Shown: piece after piece, positions 23,614 to 36,500 of the stretch
Layout: every line of letters starts with the position of its first letter
Numbering within the stretch: the stretch's first letter is position 1
Notes under the pieces: generated by a model
The model's database searches: none
What the model was told of the DNA's origin: nothing
Seen by the model: the letters and a program-made list of their open reading frames with translations, nothing else
Assembly: GCA_020536535.1 (NCBI GenBank)
Contig: JAHLWZ010000158.1
Span: 1 to 64,000, forward strand
DNA from: Pelomyxa schiedti
Taxonomy: Eukaryota; Protista; Evosea
Reading direction: 5' to 3'
Length of the DNA stretch: 64,000 nucleotides
Position numbers and translations under genes: made by a program

Positions 23614-25035
23614 TTAAGATCCATGTTGGTTCTCAAGTACACTACGGATGATGATGTCGGTAACAGCCTCAAACACGGCAGTCACGCTCTTGGTGTCGGT
23701 GGCACATGTAATATGTGCATACAAAGGTTTCTTCTGGTTTTCCACCAGAGAGAAGAATTTATCCCGGATGAAGTTAGCAGCAGTCTCCCAGTTGGGTCCA
23801 CCTTTTTGCATTAGTTAGAACAAGGTAACATAGAATCAAGGTAACAGCTTGGAATCAACCATTGTAATCGGGGAATGTTGCTTCAAGGGGGCTCTTCAGA
23901 ATTTTTTTTTGGAATAGGTCACTCTTGTTAAGGAACAAGAGGAATGGGGTCGATCCGAACCACTTATTGTTGGTAGTCTCCTTGAATAGTCTCAAGGATT
24001 CCGTCATTCTATTGGTGACACCATCTTCGTATCTGATAAATTGGTAAACAAAGCAAAAAAAAAGCAAGGCCTATTACAGTTTCAGGTCATATTCACTGAG
24101 AGCAATAACAAAAACTACTGCAGTTACATCATCAAAACAATTCATCCATTTTTTCCTTTCACTTCGTTGGCCTCCAACATCAACAACTCTTTGTCAAATG
24201 GTGAACACCTCACAAGGCTTGAAGGAGTTGATTACCTAAACCGCGTGTTTCGGTATACAAAATCTATTTCATTTACACCACTAGTTTTCACTCTGCTAGC
24301 TAGCACATCATCTACAGATGGCACATAAGCAGGTTGAGAAATTCTGTCAATGTTTTCAAAAAAGCTAGACTGTGTCACAGAAGAGAAGACAAACTAATAA
24401 CAATAACAGAAGCAACATACTATGCAGCACAATCAAATAACTGGAATTCGTTCCTCCTTTCATATGCTGCTCTGATGCCTGGGTCCGTCCAAAGAGTCTT
24501 TTTCCCGTTGTATTTAATAAGACTAGCACAAGAAAGTGTTTATTGGGATGAATTATACCTTGATTGCCGCAGCAACATCAGGAGTATATGGCTCATGAAG
24601 AATTTCATATTCTGGCCTCTTCACAATCTCTGCTTGTGCCTGGAAAAAGTTGGAGAAGCACACGAGTCGTATGATATACCGTGGCGGCAATAGGAACCCC
24701 AAAATCGCCAGCAGCTCGAACAAGGTTGCGCATACTCCCCAAGGCATTGTTGAGAATCGCCAGCTTATATGCATTACGTTCTTCAGTAGTGAAACCGTCC
24801 AAATGAATAAGCTTCAATTGTTTGGCTATTGTGCTTTTTCCAGATTCCCCAGCCCCTTCATGCAAGTCATAAAAAAAAAAACGAGAAGACAACAATGAAA
24901 CAAACAAAACACTCGATCCCTACCCAACAACAAGAGCTTGATTGTTTGGTTCCTGTCGTTTCTAGTCTTTTCATCGTGGAGTGCCTTGTCAATTTCCAGA
25001 GTTCGTTTTGCTTCCACACTTTGACCACAACCCAT
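23614..25035 (-). CDS. Heterotrimeric G-protein alpha subunit
   Basis: MGCGQS (myristoyl/palmitoyl-type N-terminus), [44 protein letters not shown]; canonical introns. Confidence 0.95.
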
Positions 25036-25322
25036 CTACGTGTGTCGTTTTCTCGTTTGTGTCGTCTTTACCAACCCCGCACGTGCTGCCCCCTGCCGCT
25101 TTTTCTCGTATTTTTTTTGTTTTGTGTACACACAGGTTTATTTTTCTCTTTTCCACATGCAGGGAAGTTAATGCTGTCAGTTTATGGAAATCAGACTAAA
25201 ACATCCAGATCGCAGAATGATAGAACGTTAGATTAACCAAAAGTTTCTTTCGAGTTTTTGTTTCCCAAACTGGGTTAATAGGTTGGCGATAGAGTCACTG
25301 ATGTTGGTTTTGGTTGAGGGAT

Positions 25323-27165
25323 TTAGGAACGCATTACTGTTTGGAAATAGGGAGGTGGTGTTGGGGGCTTGGAAAAGGCTAGGCGGAGGGTAATAAGTGG
25401 TGTGACTTTAGTGTTATTTGCTATGCAGAGTGCATTAGTGGCAGTGGGTGCATCAGCGAACTCAATAAGCCCTTCTCGGGTGCTGCGGAAATGTTAGAAA
25501 TTGGAAAGCCGGTTAGTGGGCCGGTCTTACTTGCGATCGTCCTTGACGGGTGTGAGTGGTTCTTTTTTGGTGAAGAATTTCACAGTGGTTGGAAGGGGTG
25601 CATGAAGATTTTGGAAAACCGCAAGCATGTTTTCCTCAGTGAAGTCATTTGGGATATTGTTGAAATAAAGACTATGTGATGGGCGATACACGTCTGTGCA
25701 GACCATTAAAAGAAAACTCGGAAAACGGAAAGCGGCTCACGGCGAAGTGGATTGGATGTCTTGCATCTGTTGAGAGGTGAAGAAGAAAAGTCTTTACACA
25801 ATGGAATAGGTTGCACTTCAGCAGAAAGATCATCCTAATCAATGTATGAGTGAAATGTCTCAAGTATGAGAACCTTACACTTGGAGATGTCCTGCTGTCC
25901 AAAATGTAGGGGTGACGTGAAAAAACGATTTGCAGTTGTTGTGAGAAAAGGGTGGCGCCATTCAAAAAGGTCTTTGCCGTTTCAGCCATCATACTGTCTC
26001 CCATTTGAACCATGGCCACACCTTTTTTCGTACCTAAACACTTGATCTAAAAAGGAGATTGGTTCATCCAAAAAAAAACCATAATAAGAAACCTTGAGAA
26101 CATTGCCATAGAGACAGAATAAGTTGAAAAGCCTCTCTGGAGTGAAAGCTTTTTCGTCGACATTATAAACCATAAGGACAGTGTGTGGTTCTACTCCCAC
26201 ACTTCTGTAGAAATCCATTGCTGCTGCTACATACAAGTTAAAATTTCCGGTTAACACTTCTCGAATTACCTTGAACTTGGGCAACAGCAACGTTAGGGTC
26301 TACATAGCCAACCAGTGAAGGCATTCCCATACCTGGGTACTGTTCCCTCATTGGTTGGAGTGAGGGTTGCATAACTTGACCTTTTTTAGTAAGTCAGATA
26401 TCAAAAGCTATTTATCGTTTTAGGTTTCTTATTGTATTAATACCAGGCGAGAACATGCCAGGTAGAGGGCCAGTAGGGATTGCCGGATTGGTGAAGTCAC
26501 GTGTAGTTTCAGTGTTGGCAGTAACATTGAGTTTCTCCGTACGAGAAAATTCAATTTTGAGCGTGCAGGCTCCGGTGTAAATGTCTTTGCCTTCCAGTGC
26601 TGTTTTGGCAATAGATGCGCTTTGGGCAGAGTCAAACCTGTACACAATGAATACCCAGCCAGAAAAGAAAAACAGTGCATACTCAACGAGAGCCTGCACT
26701 CCATTTTTCGAAAATATCACAATGCGTTGTACGGCACCATAGGGAGACATAATTGCATACAGAACGTCGATTGTGATGGAGTATAGTGGATTAATTATAG
26801 AGAGGAGAAGAACGCGATTTGGTTGCTGTGGTTGCCTGGTAGGAATTAGCTTGTAAGGGCATTGGCATGGGGGATGATACCTTTTCATGGGTTGTTGATT
26901 TATTTTCTGGCTTTTGCTGTAACTGAATTGGAGTTCTGTGTCCTTGAGATAAACGGGGCGCTGGCGTGTTAAATTAATCAGACTGGAAGCAGCATTAACG
27001 TCTTCCATTTCAATGAGTGCTTGATTGAATTTTGCCAAGTGAACGTCTAGAAAAGGAGAAAGAAGTTACTCAATCGCGAACCCTACAAGTCAAAGAAATG
27101 TTGTGTGATGTGCCAGGTGACCCGTCTTCTTCATATAGGAATAAGACGGAAGTGCAATCAATTAA

Positions 27166-27204
<39 letters not shown>

Positions 27205-28015
27205 TACAGGCAACAACGTTGCCAAACTGAGAGGCGAAAGTGACCAGCTCCTCGTTCATGGATTCGAGTACGTTGCGAACGTGGATGACTTTTGACGACG
27301 GTGCGGGGCCCGAATCGACCAACACCACTGATTGAGGTGCGCTCGTGGGGGAACCGACGACGCCGATTGGTTGTTGAGGGGTCGTGGCTTGTGATGAGAC
27401 CGAGACCGCGGGGGGAGAAGCGGATTGTGGGATGTTGGAGGAGGAGGGGGAGGAGGAGGAAGGCTGGGAGGCGCGGCCGCGTGGGTGCTGTTGTTGTGTG
27501 GATTCGGTGGGCGACGTCGAAATGGAGATTGTGGGGCCGGCCCTGCCAGAGGTGGTGTTGCTGGAGGAGGCAGTGTTGGTGGGGCTGTTGTTGTTGGAAG
27601 CAGACGAAACAGGAGAAGATGAAGATGGTCCGGTTTGTTGTTGCTGTTGTTGTGGCGAGGGAGTAGTGACCGTGGTGATGATGGTTCCCGGCGCCTGTGG
27701 CGCAGCCTGCGACGCCGACGAAGAAGAAGAAGAACAAGAAGGCGCGGTAGTGGCGGCAGAAGAGGCAGGGGAGGCAGACGAGGTGGAAGAGGCAGAGGGC
27801 GTAGCGGAGGCGGAGGAGGAGCCGCTGGAAGAAGAGGAGGAGGGGGGCGGGGCGGCGGCGACGGCGACGGAGGGGCTTGTGGTGCCGGCGCCGGAAACTA
27901 CGCTGCGGGCGTTGCTGGGTGCCCCGCGCGCGGCGCCCGTGGTCGCGTGGGAGGAGGCCGTGTGTGGTTGCTGGGGATGCGTGGTGGGCGTGCTTTTTGC
28001 TTGGTTTCGGGGCGT
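25323..28015 (-). CDS. PTB/hnRNP L-like four-RRM RNA-binding protein (start uncertain)
   Basis: PSSKVIHVRNV, NQALIEMED, PNRVLLLSIINPLYSITIDVLY, GVQALVEF, DIYTGACTLKIEFS, TVLMVYNV...LFNLFCLYGNVLK, ITLRLAFSK. Confidence 0.9.
27168..27203 (-). repeat. (TCTG)n microsatellite directly after the 5' splice site of the RRM1 intron
   Basis: About 9 GACA repeats on +, inside intron 27207-27047. Confidence 0.9.
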
Positions 28016-28746
28016 TTTTTTTTTTTCTAATTTCGAAGGGACGGTAGGCTTGCAAGTTCGGCCTACGACTTTTTTAGTTTGTTTTCTCGTACGTAGAAGG
28101 ATTCGATGTCAAAACGCAATTGGTTTTGAAGCTGGAGACTGAGAACCAAGACTACCCCCGTGCCCTCCCTCGAGATACAGAGGGGCTCCAATGATGGCGT
28201 CCGTATTCTGTACCGGAGATTGTCGGGGGAGCTGATGAACCGAACCATCCAGTTTCGCTACAATAATGGGTAGCGGGACTTGGAGCAAGTCATGCACTTC
28301 TTTGTGGGCGCCGGAAAATTGACGCTCCTCTCGAAGAGTTGATCCTGTGGTGGCGAAGAACTTTTTCCTGATGTCCCTTCCCTTCTCACTGGTGTGTGAT
28401 GGATTTCTTCATCACGGAAATGGTTGGCTGATCATCACAGAGGGTCCCTGACCCATTACCAGAGAGGGCTGAAGTGCTCCTGCCCCACGAAGATCAAGTC
28501 TCCGTGCTGCTTTTGTTATGAATTCCCGCTTCCTTAACGGGAAATAAATTGATTTTTCGCGATTTTACATTCTCCGCTGTCCTACGGACCGAAAACTTGA
28601 GCTGAACAAAGCGAAATCGACACCCACGAAAAACAGAGAAAAAGACCACGGCACCCCTTTGTTTGTAAAAAAATATACATAAAAAAAACAAAAAACTTCC
28701 TCAAGCAACCCACAACAAGCACCACCTCCACACCACAGGGGAAAAA

Positions 28747-31700
28747 ATGAAAGGAGAACCTTCTTCTAAGTTGGACGAGGAAGAAGACCCCGGAGCCAGC
28801 ACAACCAACACAACCAACACAACACGAAGTCGGAGCACGAGTATGAGCAGCTCAATGACTCCGAGGCAGCTCTCGAGACCCAAAAAGGCCATGGACTGGC
28901 TGTCAAAGTGCGCCAAAAGCCACACTCTTCGGAGCGTACTTTTGGCCGCCGCGCTCGTGGTCTGCACAGCCGTGCCTGTTTTCGTGGTCTGGGAGATCAA
29001 CACCAATGATTCGGTAGACAACATGGTTTCGCGTACAATCACGGAGGCCAGTGCCCGTAAGTTACCAGAATCTAATCAGCTTTTTTCTTTTTCTTTTTCT
29101 TTTTCTCCCTTCTTCCGAACAGTTATTGTTAACGCCGTTTTTCAGTCGTGTCGTATAAGATCCTTAGTACTTTATCGGTGAGTTCCAAGTCCTTTTCTTT
29201 CCCCGCCCCACTTAAGTGTGTTATCAGGTCCTCGATGAACAAGTTGAAGCCATATTTGATGCATTTAGGCTCGACCGCAGTTTGTTGCAACCTGGACATT
29301 TAACCTCTCTTTGGAATCGACAAGCAAGCGCCATGCTACGGGTAAACACTCGCACTTGTGGGGTGGTGTTTGTTCTTACAAATAGTCAGGATAGCACATA
29401 CTTGTCAACTATAGTGGTTCCATCTAATCCAGACACCTTCGACCCATATATGGCTGCGGGAATGATCTCTCAGGCCAACGTGGTTTGTGACTCATAGCAT
29501 TCTGGCAAAGTTCTAACTTCAAAAAAGACTTTCAGTATGGTAACGCCTCGAACTGTCAATATCAGTCTTGTCGCCTATAAGGATCCCTTTATTGCCAATG
29601 GGACTTTGTGTCTGAGTACAGTTTCATTTGCAAAGCCAGGGCTCTCTCGGCTCATGTGCTCTGATCGACTGATAAGATGGAATATGATTTTCCCACCACC
29701 TCTGCTGAATGGTGGTTCCCTATTAAGTGAGCCAACGGAGCAAGATGGGAGGCTCCTTATTGATGTATCCAAGGTAAACTCTAAAAATCTCTCTCTCTTT
29801 TTTTTTTTTTTTTGACAAGGAAAGGTACTCTTTTTGTCCAACCGGCCTGTAGCCTGGGCAATAAGTGGAATAGAAGTTACAATTGTAAGACACATATATT
29901 TTTTATGCCCTTAACAGTCAAAAGTTGACTGAAATACTTTCTGAAATCGATTTTCCGGAGAATGGATTTGGCTACTTGATGGATAAAACTGGCCATGTTG
30001 TTGCCACCCTTGGTTCTGCTTCTGTTAATTCCACGGAACTTGGGTACCATTCTGCATCAACGACCTTTCTTTCTCAACCTTGTTTTTAGGCGAGCTTTCC
30101 CCCATAACTGCTCCGATCTCCGAGTCGTGAATTCCTGGAATTTTATTAAAAAGCGCATCGGTCGTACTGCTTTGGCAACAACAGAACAACTTTCTTACAA
30201 TGATGAGCTTGGCGGCTACAAACTGTGTGATCATTATCCTTATTATTTTTTTCTCATTTTCCTTTTTCCAGGAATGGTATCTTTTTAGTCTACCCAATTG
30301 CAAGCACTAACCTCCATTCAAGTTGACGTATTGGAACCCTTTCCTGGTGTCAACTGGACTATTGTTTTAGCCATCTCTACTAGGTAATATCTAAAGTTAC
30401 TTGGTAGTGATAAACTGAGTTGACTTTTTTTTTCAGAATGTACACCGAAAATGTTACTCAGAGTGTCCAAAGTACAGCTCTGATCACTGCAGCAATTGTG
30501 GCCACTGTTCTTCTTCTTGGGTATTATATTATACATATTTTACCATTTCCTTACGTATGCAGTATTCTATCGTCGATATCCCTCACAAGGAAAGGTCCTA
30601 CTGTTTTCCCTGAAACAAAACTCGACTTGGATGCGGGAATCACCAAGGTGCCATAATTGACCCAGTTTAGGTCAACATTTACTCCTCCTAGATCATAGAC
30701 AAGCTAAAGGAATTACGTAAAACAGCTGACAACCAGAACAAAATTACCATTGACGAAATCATTCAGAATATTACCCATACCACAGGGCTTTTCATGCCAG
30801 ACTTGAGAAAGCAAACAGGCCTATTGGACTCTGACATACAAAAATGGTTGTAAATATGACTAGTTCGCAAATAGCTTATAGTACTGTATATTTTAGGTTA
30901 AATGACGAGATAGCTCCCGCGGTTCTACAAGATTCTCCTCATGGGAAGCATAAGAGTAAGAAACTCCACACTATAGCTGTTATGCCCCCTTGTGACCTGA
31001 ACCTCGACACATTTGGATTCGATGTAAGTGCCTTTTTTATTTATCTCTATTTCCCTTGCCCACCTTTTTGGACAGGTATTTGATATTCCATCAGAAGGAA
31101 TTTTGGAAAGAGTGGCCATGCAGGTTGCACAGTCACTTATAGTAAGACACTTTTTCACCCTCACAAAGGCTTTGTCTTCGCTTGGTGTTCTGCCCCGGCT
31201 GAAAATCTCCAGTGAATCTGTTCGCGCATTCATTGCAGAAATAGAGACCCACTATAAGGTACTTAGTATACTTCTTTCACCCAATTTCTTACTCTGGTAA
31301 CTGCCATAGAACAATGCATATCACAATAGCATTCACGCCGCGGATGTTGTTCAATGCCTGTATTTTCTCCTAACAAATGGATTACGCCACATTCTCGGTT
31401 CAAACAATGACTGGGATATTTTCACTCTCATCATTGCCGGTGTAGTACATGATGTGGGCCACCCAGGCGTTAACAATGTATACACTTCAGAAATCTTCCT
31501 TATGTTAAACTATCACAGGCATTTCTTGTTTCAACTGGCGATGAGCTAGCCCTACATTACAACGGTATCTTGTTGCAATAGGTGGTATTTAATTCATCAA
31601 TCTGCTTAGATCGTAGTGTACTGGAAAATTTCCATGCCAGTTTTTCTGGCAAGCTCATCATCACTAAGTACGCTGCAGAGTGGGGTCTATCTCTTTCAGA

Positions 31701-32378
31701 TTTGAAATATGGTGAGTTTTTTTTTTCACTTTCATGTATTCTGATGTTTCTCAAAAGTGCGAGGCCTACTGATCAGTTTAGTTCTTGCAACTGATGTGTC
31801 TTTGCACTTCGAAATTGTTTCCAAATTCAAGGTATCGCCAACGACCGTACTTTTACACCTTATTTATTTTTGCATGTTTTTGCAGACCCTCTTGGAAGAT
31901 TCAAAGTGCAACTTTAAAGATAACAAGGATCACCGCTCTCAGCTGCTTTGTATGGCCATGAAAACCGCCGACATCTCCAATGTGAGTAGTAACATAAAAA
32001 GCTGTTCGACTAACAAATGCAGGTAATGCGCCCCCATAAGCAGATGCTACGTTGGGTGAAGCAACTGACTGATGAGTTCTTTGCTCAAGGAGACCAGGAG
32101 AGACAACGCGGCCTTCCCTTGAGTCCCTTCACTGATCGTGAAGATGGACTGGTCAAGCTACCAAAGCTTCAGACTAACTTTATCTCGTATGCTGTTCACC
32201 TATTTCTTCTTTTTTGTTGATCTATGCCAGTCTTATCGCCGATCCTTTGTTACAAACCATAGACCGAGTTTTCCCCCTACCAGCACTCAAAGATAATTTG
32301 GCTGAAAACTCTCAATTCTGGGGCACAAATCCGATTCTTAGTTTCGATATTTCCGGGTATGGTCCCAATCAAACTTAA
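28747..32378 (+). CDS. Membrane-anchored class I cyclic nucleotide phosphodiesterase with a Cache-like sensor region
   Basis: PDE motifs YHNSIHAADVVQ, HDVGHPGVNN, SVLENFH, LATDVSLHF, KTADISN, EFFAQGDQER. Two TM helices flank a region with GFGYLMDKTGHVVA and PGVNWTIVL. Confidence 0.85.
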
Positions 32379-33579
32379 AACACTAGAAGCCGTGACTTCA
32401 GCTAACTGGAATCCCAACAGAAAGTAGAAATCAAGAAGAGCTCCTATGCAAAATGCAAACACTAGACAGCTGCATTGCATGCATATGTTGTACATAACAA
32501 CATCTTTCAGGGTAGTGTCCAGTGGCCTTTATCAGCTCACCAACAAGACCCTGCACCTACACGCAAACTCCAATAATCAAAACCTTTATTTGTTTTGATG
32601 TTCGCACTATTTTTTTTATCGATGATTAGCTTAACCCGTGTTGTTTATTTTCCCTTTGATATCGGGGAGCAGAAATAGGGAAGTCTGTCCTTTGAAAATG
32701 CAGCTCCCGGTGCTCCTGTGTGGAAAGCAATCGAGTGTTCTCGTATTCCTTTGTATTGTCATGCTCTCTATTACAGCATATCACACGTCCAGTTCCAGTT
32801 TCTCCAAGGATGGCTTGCAGTGACTTCTCCTTAAGTGTCAACAACATCTGGGTCCGGCAATAGGACCAGCAGTGTGCTCGCAAAACTCCAAGCTGAGCTC
32901 CAGCAAAAAGACAACAACAATATTGAAGTTGCCATCTGCATGGGGATCGCTCATGCTTACCACTTGTCACAAGTCAAAGAAGCAGCTGAGTCCAAGGCTC
33001 AGTCATGTGGAACATCTCCTTCATGTCCTCATCCGCAATACCTCATTGAAGAGTGGTGATTTACGACACTTGCAAGCCATTGCCAGTGGAACGGAGCCCT
33101 TCCAGTCGTGGCGACCACCCTTGAAATGGGTGAGAGGTGTCGGGAGTATTATGAATACCGCGATAATGGAGATTGAATGGCTACCTGGCGTGCGCTGCTG
33201 CCGGAGGACACCCTGATATTTGCAGAACAGCAAGTGGAATGTTGCCCAGACCAGCTCCTTACAGAAGGTACACCTTTAAAGCCTTCAGTGCTGCAGTTTA
33301 TTCTAAAGCTGTGTCGCCGGAAAAACGCATTGCACTCACGTCACAAGCAAAGGTGAGAGAGTGAAGGTGTCTAGAGAGCTAGTAACTCGTCACATGGACA
33401 CAGGTATCAAAGTAATTCAAAAGTTCGTTGTTAGATGGGGCGGACGATAGTGGTGGTTGTTTTCCGCCAATGGGCGCCACAGGGGTAGCGGAATGGCGGT
33501 AGAGTGATTAAAAAAAATACACTTTCCGAATCAACAGAAACGAAAAAACAAAGCTTTGTTGAAGATTAATTCTCGTTAA

Positions 33580-36500
33580 ATGTCGCGCCCGAAACAGCCA
33601 CCGTGTTGGTCAGTCTTCATGGTACGTTCGTTTCCTCGTTCGTTGGTTGTATTGGTCTGTTGTCTCCCTTTTTTTCCTTTTTTTTCCTTTTTTTTTTTTT
33701 TTTTTTTTTTGTGTGTGTATTGTAAAACCAAATAAAGGTTGGGGCCAACGTAAATGGGAGGCTGGGGCTTGGGGACAATGTGGACAAGCCTCAGTTCACA
33801 AAGGTGGCATATTTTTCTGAAACGCCAATTTCGGCTGTTTCGTGTGGGGCCTACAACACTCTCTTCGTTTCTGGTATTCTTTCATGTTTATGGCTTTGCC
33901 TCTCTTTTTCCCTTTTTTTTTTTTTTTTTGCTTCCGTCTTTGCTCTGCTCTTGCTGCGGCATTCATTCAAATTCGTAGTTGATGGCCAGCTCTATTTGAG
34001 CGGTGCCACAAAATGTCGTGATGGCAGCAGCCTGTTTATGGGGGCTAGTTCTCAGTCCCCTGTTGCACCACCTCAAACACCACATGTTGCACCTCCTACC
34101 TCAAGTGTTACATCCCAAAGTTCTGCTGTACTCCGTACTTCATCTGAGGATGCTACTGGCGATACTCCCTCTCGCCCTCCATCTCGCCCACCACCACCAA
34201 TACCCTCTCGACCCACACGCCACAAAACTACTGCAGAGTCTTCCACTAGTGGTGCCTCTCCTGACACCCTGGCACACTCCACTAGCACCGCAGTTACACC
34301 CACCACAAACACCACACCTGCCCAGCCGAAACCTTACGAAGTTGTTCCAGTTCCACTACCATTCAAACTTCCCCAGGGCAGAGTGAAACAGGTTGCCCTT
34401 GGCACATATCATGCCATGCTACTCACAGGTTTCCTTCTGTAGAGCCTCGGTGTGATATTGATTTTGTGTGCAAATAGATGAAGGTTGGGTTCATGCTTGG
34501 GGTAGTGCCAGCTTTGGCCAACTGGGACTGGGGACTACATCCTCTGTTCTGGTACCACAACAGATCCCAGGCCTAGCTGGTAGCCCACTGTTCCTGTTAC
34601 TCTCTTCTTAGTTTCCTGCAGGTGTGGTTCAAATCGCTGCTGGCACGTCACATTCTGCAGCGGTGACAGGTTACTTGAAGTTCCTCGTAACCAAAATATA
34701 ATTGTTTTTCTACAGAACTGGGTGAACTGTATACCTGGGGTAAAAATACTACATATCAGGTATGCAATTTCCTCTAACACACTATATTAAAAGCCAGTTC
34801 CAGCTTGGACATGGAGACCCATTCCCAAGAAAAAGTCCCTTCAATGTCAAAATTTCGTAAGTAACACACTTTGAGATTTTCCTCATGATGCGTTCAAGAT
34901 CTACATCAGACACAGGAATTAAAACCAGGGAGTTCATCAAACAAGTAGCTTGTGGGGATTCCCATACAGTCTGCCTGACTGGTACCAAGGAAGCAGAATT
35001 TTTCATAAAAATTGATGGAAAAATAGACAACCATAAAGTGTTTCTCTGGGGACAATGCAATGACTCTGGAGCAGTAACGCCAACCCCTGAAGAATTCCAT
35101 TTAGAAGCCTTCTTTGAATACCCAGTCATTGCCACACAGGTTTACCCCTTTTGAGATATGTCAACTACATATCTGATACCCACAATAAAATAGCTTGCTT
35201 GTGGACAATGGCACACGGTGTTAGTAACCAACACTGGTGTTGTTCTGCAGTGGAAACTTGGAGAACAACCTCTTGTGGTTCGTGGGGAGTTGAGTGGTAA
35301 ATGTGCTATTCACGTTGCTTGTGGAAGCTTCCACACTACGTGTGTCACTGGTTTGTGCTTGTAGTTTCGTGGGAGGGAGTTGGACTGTACAATATCACTC
35401 ACTACACCAATTTCGCTCCCTAACAGATGAGGGAGCCGTATATTCTTTTGGAGAAAAAAATTCTTCATGTCAACTTGGCCGCCCCACTCCAACTTCTTCT
35501 GGGGACTTATCACCAGTATTAGAGTTCATTTCTACAATTTGGAGCTTATCATATTATCTAAGGGGCTTGTGGAGGGACTTCCTTTAAATCAAGGATTTCA
35601 TGTTTCTTCAGGAGAGTACCATACTGCAGTAATAACGGGTTTTTTTCCTTGTTCCGACATTTTTATCAGCTCAACAACAACAGTCACACACCCAAAGTAT
35701 CTGATCTCTCAAAAAATGCTACGTTGCTTTAGGCGCTTTTTCTTGGACCTGCTTGCTGTTGTGAAAGTTGTTGTCATCCACTTCCTTCCTGTATTAATAA
35801 GAAACAAGGGATACATGTACCCTATTCGAGAAGCAATGGCTCAACTCCTTGAAAAGAAGCCAAGACCCCTCTCCCTCACTGTCAAGAGAGGATCTTTTTC
35901 TGAGGTAACTAGCCCTTTTTTTTAGATTCACAAACTGCCCACAAAACAAACAAACTAAAAAGACATCCAATTCAAGCTTCTGTAGAGTGGAAGTACCATC
36001 ACTCATTCCAACATCACCAGCTGCAAATCGCTTTCCCACACTCCGGGGTGATAAAAGAAAGCTTGTGCAAGAAGATGTCCTAATGACAGATGAGGTGTGC
36101 AAACAACTGAATCCCACTTTTTTTTATGGGCACACAGGACTTCAATCTCATTTTCCAGAATTTTGAACCCATGTTGCGCACTGCTGTAACTCTTCTGCAG
36201 TGCATTGATGACTACTTGTCCCTCCACTCACAAAAAACTCTGGGGGAGATAATTCTCAATAATGTACCCCATGCCCCTTTTGTATGCTGTTAACTGGGAA
36301 CTAGTTTTCTTCGTTCAGGCATCTCATAGATTATATTGATCTTTACAATGATACACAACAGGGCCTTTTTAATGCTAAGAAGAAATCCGAGCAGTTCTCT
36401 GCCTTACTAAGGGTTGGTTTCTGCCTTGCTATCTTGTAATCTAATTTTGAACATATTTAGGAGATTGAGGGTGGTGTCACAAATAAATTTACCAATATTT

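Noticed and set aside
23614-25035. Alternative genetic code or stop readthrough to explain fragmented ORFs
   Set aside because: In genes traced in detail (G-alpha, Rab-like, Rho-kinase) every stop falls in a short GT-AG intron.
27162-28142. Long overlapping ORFs (297 aa on -, 252 aa on +)
   Set aside because: Shadow frames of the GC-rich low-complexity N-terminal region of the PTB-like gene.
32638-33420. Possible small gene between the PDE and the RasGEF
   Set aside because: Short ORFs with a hydrophobic start, but no recognisable motif and no consistent splice model.
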